Sequence record: SRR31156797_36528
Strand: one strand, 5' to 3'
Length of the DNA: 39,775 nt
The notes under the pieces were generated by a model, which was not told the DNA's origin, did not search any database, and worked only from the letters and a program-made list of their open reading frames with translations. How positions within the stretch are numbered: the stretch's first letter is position 1; the number at the start of each line of letters is the position of its first letter. Below are positions 37,648 to 39,775 of this stretch, one piece after another. Position numbers and translations under genes: made by a program.

Positions 37648-39435
37648 CTAACGCCAGCGGGTACGCTCAAATCGCCCCGTTATGGCCGCATTGACCACAT
37701 CCCGCCGGGTACCCAGCCAGTTCTTGGGAAAACCGATGCCGGCCCCCAGGGTGGCCATTTTGAGGCTGTCGGTGGCATACACCAGAGATTCGGCCGTCTC
37801 AAAGTCCCGGTCGATCATACCGGGACAGCAGGAATGAACAACCCGTGCCCCGCTTTTTTCCACGGCGTTCACAAGCCCCGCCTTTTTGGCGGCGCTGTAT
37901 TCAATATAGTCCGTGTACAGCCAGAGACGCTTTTTCACTTTCTGTCCGTCCAACAGATCCGCCAGTTCAACAAATTCCTCCAGGGTCAAAAACGGGCAGC
38001 CCACCACCGCCACATCGATCTCACGGTTCTCCGTTTGGTTGATGCTGTGGAAAAGTGCGTGCAAATCCGCCTTACCGATTTGAATGCGCTCCACGTCAGG
38101 GGGAATTTCACCGCCGAAAGCATCTTTCACCGTCTGAGCTTCCGGGGTGATGCCCACAATGTGGATCATGGGGTAGGTGAGGGCCGGAGAGACGCAGGCG
38201 CAGAAGGCCTTGGCCTGCTCATTGGTCATGTGCTCAAGACCCGCCACCACCGGCACCCGGTCCACGGCCCGAAAACCGATGGCCCCACCCAGGGCCACAA
38301 AATCGCCCATATCCCGGAGTTCCGGCAGCACCTCCGGCGCCACTTCAAAGAGCATCTGCCCTTTACGGTTTTCCCAAAGGTGCATGCCGTATTCCGGCAT
38401 GACCCCGGTGATGGCGGCATACAGGACCATGTTGGCGGGATCCCGGTTCACCCGGGCCCCCAGCATGGTATTGGTATAGGCCGCATGGTTGCTTTCGCTG
38501 GTCACATGGCATTCCCCGAATCGGGCGACACTCATGTGCATATAAGGGATACAGGTGGGGATCACATGGACCCCCATGGACTTCAGATTGTCGTGAACCG
38601 GTTTCATGGCATCATAAACTTCCCGGGCGGACGTCCGGACCTTGTAATGCCAGGGCATCCCGGGGTCATCCACCAGTTCGTCGGCCATAAAGGTGCTCTC
38701 CACCGTGGTGGGCATGACCACTTTTGCACCCAATTGGGCAAATTCCTTGAAAACGGGCCAGGCGCCGATGACCACGTCTTGCTTCTCCCAGTCGGAAAAG
38801 ACATGGGCCGAACGGATCCGGGCCATTTTTGTGGAACCCATGCCACGACCGAATTTCACCAGACGTTCCATGGCCGTTTGTTTGGCTTTTCCGTGCTTTC
38901 CCGCCAGCATCTCCTGTTCGTAGGGGGTCAGCTTGAGGCAGTCCTTTTTCCAGCCGGTTGCCTTCATTTTTAGCGGCGCCGAATCTTCCGGAGCCGCTTC
39001 CTTTGAAAAAACCTCCACAATGGCCTCTCCACCGGCTTCAGGCGCCGTAATTTTTATCCGGTCTCCGGTTTTTATTGTTTGGCAGGGATCCAGGTCAAAG
39101 CCGTCCACCGCAGGGATCCCGGCGTCCACCGCGCCGCCCACGCTGATGGGATGGACATTTCTACAAATCAATGCCTTGGGTCCTTTCCCGGTGATTTTGC
39201 ATTTGAAATACAGCCCCCAGGCACCCCCCGTGGAAAAAATATCCGTATCGTAAACGATAATTTTATCCGCATAACTCTCTCCCATGAGGGGATGGCCGTT
39301 CATGCGGATCACGCCATCGTTGCCGATGGCATTAAAAAGGTGACTCAGTTTTTCGGTGGTCACCAGGGCTTCCCCTTCAACGGCACCTTCCACCCGGGTG
39401 ATGCCATGAAGCGTTTTGGTCGGTTTTTGTTCCAT
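37648..39435 (-). CDS. Fused aconitase X (DUF126 swivel + DUF521 catalytic domain)
   Basis: Swivel GAVEGEALVT...GHPLMGES...IKTGD; catalytic LTPYEQEMLAGKHG, TCIPY, SESN, LGARVN, GCP; GGAGG RBS before the ATG at 39435. Confidence 0.82.
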   Translation of the reverse strand: MEQKPTKTLHGITRVEGAVEGEALVTTEKLSHLFNAIGNDGVIRMNGHPLMGESYADKIIVYDTDIFSTGGAWGLYFKCKITGKGPKALICRNVHPISVGGAVDAGIPAVDGFDLDPCQTIKTGDRIKITAPEAGGEAIVEVFSKEAAPEDSAPLKMKATGWKKDCLKLTPYEQEMLAGKHGKAKQTAMERLVKFGRGMGSTKMARIRSAHVFSDWEKQDVVIGAWPVFKEFAQLGAKVVMPTTVESTFMADELVDDPGMPWHYKVRTSAREVYDAMKPVHDNLKSMGVHVIPTCIPYMHMSVARFGECHVTSESNHAAYTNTMLGARVNRDPANMVLYAAITGVMPEYGMHLWENRKGQMLFEVAPEVLPELRDMGDFVALGGAIGFRAVDRVPVVAGLEHMTNEQAKAFCACVSPALTYPMIHIVGITPEAQTVKDAFGGEIPPDVERIQIGKADLHALFHSINQTENREIDVAVVGCPFLTLEEFVELADLLDGQKVKKRLWLYTDYIEYSAAKKAGLVNAVEKSGARVVHSCCPGMIDRDFETAESLVYATDSLKMATLGAGIGFPKNWLGTRRDVVNAAITGRFERTRWR

Positions 39436-39469
39436 GTTTTCCTCCGGAATTACTGCAAATTGTAATGGG

Positions 39470-39775
39470 CTAATTCCCGATGGGCGCCAGAACATCCATG
39501 GCATTGGGCAGATAGAGCGCAATGTCGGGAAAGAGCGTCAGGATGACGATCACCAGGATCTGAACCAGTAAAAAAGGTAGTACACCCCGAAATATGGTTG
39601 ACATGGGGACTTTGTCGGCGACCCCGTGGATGACAAACACGTTGATCCCAACGGGCGGGGTGATCTGCCCCATCTCCATCATAATGACCATGATGACGCC
39701 GAACCAGATGGGATCGAATCCCAATGCCATGATGGTGGGAAACAGAATGGGCAGGGTCAGCATGATCATGGGGAT
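39470..39775 (-). CDS. dctM: TRAP transporter large permease DctM, C-terminal part (truncated by window end)
   Basis: GFDPIWFGV, EMGQITPPVGINVFV, LFPDIALYLP. Confidence 0.92.
   Translation of the reverse strand: MPMIMLTLPILFPTIMALGFDPIWFGVIMVIMMEMGQITPPVGINVFVIHGVADKVPMSTIFRGVLPFLLVQILVIVILTLFPDIALYLPNAMDVLAPIGN

Noticed and set aside
33378-38973. Long plus-strand ORFs (295, 250, 342 and 379 aa)
   Set aside because: All are antisense shadows of the PFK-like, GRE and AcnX genes.
1-39775. CRISPR arrays, tRNA/rRNA genes, transposases or integrases
   Set aside because: No regularly spaced repeats, structural RNA signatures or recombinase motifs seen by eye; short ncRNAs could have been missed.

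Overview
About 40 kb of bacterial chromosome. Gene content (FeoB with an insertion, TRAP transporter, IslA-type glycyl radical enzyme, SynChlorMet cassette, many hybrid kinases) suggests an anaerobic Desulfobacterota/deltaproteobacterium; this is inference. Five blocks: (1) end of a MoxR-AAA/VWA pair (1-1511); (2) a decaying signalling island (1.9-10.9 kb) with cheR, a hidden cheB remnant, three sensor kinases, two kaiB, an internally deleted kaiC and a 48-bp direct repeat that points to an old duplication; (3) housekeeping and metabolic genes (BKACE, MBL hydrolase, CGGC protein, enoyl-CoA hydratase, IMPase, feoAB, greA, FKBP, TrmJ-like, MFS, nitroreductase); (4) a SynChlorMet RiPP-like cassette (scmD-scmE-scmC-S26 peptidase-[39-aa peptide]-scmF), in which I found a candidate precursor peptide at 23589-23708 (-) that is missing from the ORF track; (5) a DUF3302/HlyD/OMF module converging on a long minus-strand operon encoding a TRAP DctM, fused aconitase X, two atypical 3-hydroxyacyl-CoA dehydrogenase homologs, a divergent IslA/HpsG-like glycyl radical enzyme with its activase, a degenerate PfkA-fold protein and a BASS symporter. 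The best novelty candidates are the Scm precursor peptide and the GRE/AcnX/pseudo-PFK pathway. I saw no rRNA, tRNA, CRISPR array or intact IS element. All family calls come from motif recognition by eye, not database searches.
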